DNA of 64,000 bases, from the NCBI GenBank assembly GCA_030704615.1, contig CM060731.1, forward strand, positions 40,796,001 through 40,860,000. Reading direction: 5' to 3'. The position numbers and the translations under genes are program-made. Source of the DNA: Takakia lepidozioides. Its lineage: Eukaryota > Plantae > Bryophyta. Shown in pieces: positions 62,021 through 64,000 of this stretch (position 1 is the first letter of the stretch; every line of letters starts with the position of its first letter). The notes under the pieces were generated by a model. It was not told the origin of the DNA. It worked only from the letters and a program-made list of their open reading frames with translations, and did not search any database.

Positions 62021-64000
62021 CGCGCAGTGTTCAAATTACACACGAGAGGAATCACAAGATCTCAAATACAAGCGCGAGACCGGGAGATGAGAGACCCCGA
62101 CCCAAGACAAAGGAGCAGTGCATAGAAGAAGGACAAAAGCAAATTTGAAGAAAGATGAATGCCGTATAAGCAGGGAAACCAAGACAAAGTAAGCTATAGT
62201 TAGAAGCAGTAGAACTGAGACTGAAGAGAATAAGCAATGTATTGAATTTACTCGGGTAAGCTCCACAGCGCATTACTACCAAGGGTTAGCAGAAAACCTC
62301 CATTGAAAATGCTGGGAGCTTTCCATGTTTTTAATCATTGTTGAGACCAGTCACACTTCCTCTTTTACAAATCTAAAGTTGGGACAGAAGACGCATCAAT
62401 GAACTCAAATCGAATATATTGACCTCCACGTACGAGCCAGTAGCACCATACGGGAAGACGCAGATCACAAGAACACAGTGACCTTCAATTGGCAGATTGG
62501 AGAAATATGGGCGGGGCCCATGTTTTAGCACGCTTTGAGCAGAGTGATATGAACATGATGCACATACGAAAGAATTATCCTGGCCAGCAATAATAAATCT
62601 CTACAGATCAGGGTTCGGTAGGTTTGTAACATGCCACATTGTGAACCTGTTCAAATCAAACCTGGTTCGTAGAGTCTCACTACAGCTCATGGATCATGCA
62701 GGTGAAGCCAGAGATGGGTGTTCGAGGGAAGAATGGATACAGCTAATCTGCCATTGCAAGAACTGATCTCCATTCAATGAACATTTCCCTTAATAAGTTC
62801 AGGAATTATTTGAAAGACGTTCCTCCGCGAAACAATTCCAGGCGTGTGTAGAGCATCTCCACAAGCCCTTAAAACCCATCCAGGAAGTTTCATTCCATAG
62901 TGATTTCATGATCAAAGGAGCAGTATGTCACAGTATCATTGCAGCGTTGAAAGATTTCGGTCTCTGCAAAGTTGACAGGTGCTCTTTTGTCCGTGAACAG
63001 AGGGCGGCCGATCTCTCCGTTGTGGTGATGGTGATCCAAACTCCAACCTCCGCGTAGCCGCAAATCCTTCCTCCTCTCCATTCCACAGCCAAATTTGTGT
63101 TGCTTGCGTGTGCGAGAGGAGCACAACTCTACGTGCGCATTCCTTTCCGCATTCTTCTGATGGTACCCTGCTTTCTTGGCTGGAATGCGGTCCGGATGTA
63201 TGAACAGACGGATGAACCTTGATGGGATATATCACAAGACCCATGACAAATTGGTGCTTGACAATCTCATGCGTTTCTTTCTTGTCGGTTGTGTGGTCCA
63301 CCCAACTCCTGCAAATCGGGATCTGGGGATTTCCCCGTAGTCAAAGAAGACGGGTTTGGGTCTGTCAGACCTTCAGACCGTCCATTGGGCCCTCGATGGG
63401 CTGTGTGTTAAGCAGTAGGCTCTGTAAATTCAGTGGACGTTAAAGAAACTTTATCTTATCTGTCACCGAGTAACTTGCATTGAACGGGACGTTGGATTCT
63501 CTCAAGCATGTTCAATCTGGTCTCCCTGCCCAACCCCCTGCTAGAAACGCAAAGACCGGTGTGATTCCAATTTCATATAAATTTGATATCGACATGTCGA
63601 AGAGTGTGGAAGAGGTAATGTAGATGCAGTTGGGTGTTTTTAGTGCGAGGCTGTTGTTTCCCTTGCCCTCTGGGTTTTTTTCATGTCGCTGTATTCCAGA
63701 GTTTTCATAGGCTTTCCTATCGCTGATGGCAAGTGCTCATTATTTAAATTCCTTGAAACAAAGACAGGCTTCTTGCTGGTATCCAAATAGACTGACGTAC
63801 TAATCATCCTTGCCCGTCCCTTTCGCACTAGGTGTCCTTGTGTGCTTTAGGAGAATGGGTATGTTTTTTAGATCTCCATACTGGTTCTGGAGTACATTTT
63901 TTATTTGAAGGAAAATTCTTGCTGCTCAGTTTGTTTGTGTTTAGGCGTTTAGGCCTTGCCACATAGTTTTCTGAGTGGCAGAGATTTTTACGATGCACAT

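Noticed and set aside
62890-63830. Possible exons of another minus-strand gene
   Set aside because: No recognisable motif or consistent splice model from the sequence alone.

Overview
Eukaryotic nuclear DNA from a land plant, most likely a non-flowering lineage: it has a PLS-DYW RNA-editing PPR gene, a ciliary enkurin-domain gene and an intron-containing acetate kinase. Three host genes are supported, all on the minus strand: a PPR-DYW editing factor (1509-3911), a 4-exon acetate kinase (33837-36974) and a multi-exon enkurin-domain/ENKD1-like gene (58061 to about 62000). Between them lies a dense nest of transposons: an L1/Tx1-type LINE, Ty3/Gypsy elements, a Helitron fragment, CACTA, MULE-like, Harbinger-like and piggyBac-like elements. 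Four observations stand out. (1) A decayed Ty3/Gypsy element carries a DNMT3-like cytosine-5 DNA methyltransferase domain between protease and RT, plus a PHD finger after integrase. (2) A 7.4-kb CACTA element with matching TIRs and a GTT target-site duplication carries decayed PPR gene copies related to the intact gene in this window. (3) Three TTAA-joined piggyBac-like elements form a tandem chain. (4) The acetate kinase is complete and spliced. All calls come from manual reading and motif recall; no database search was run, and identity figures are visual estimates.
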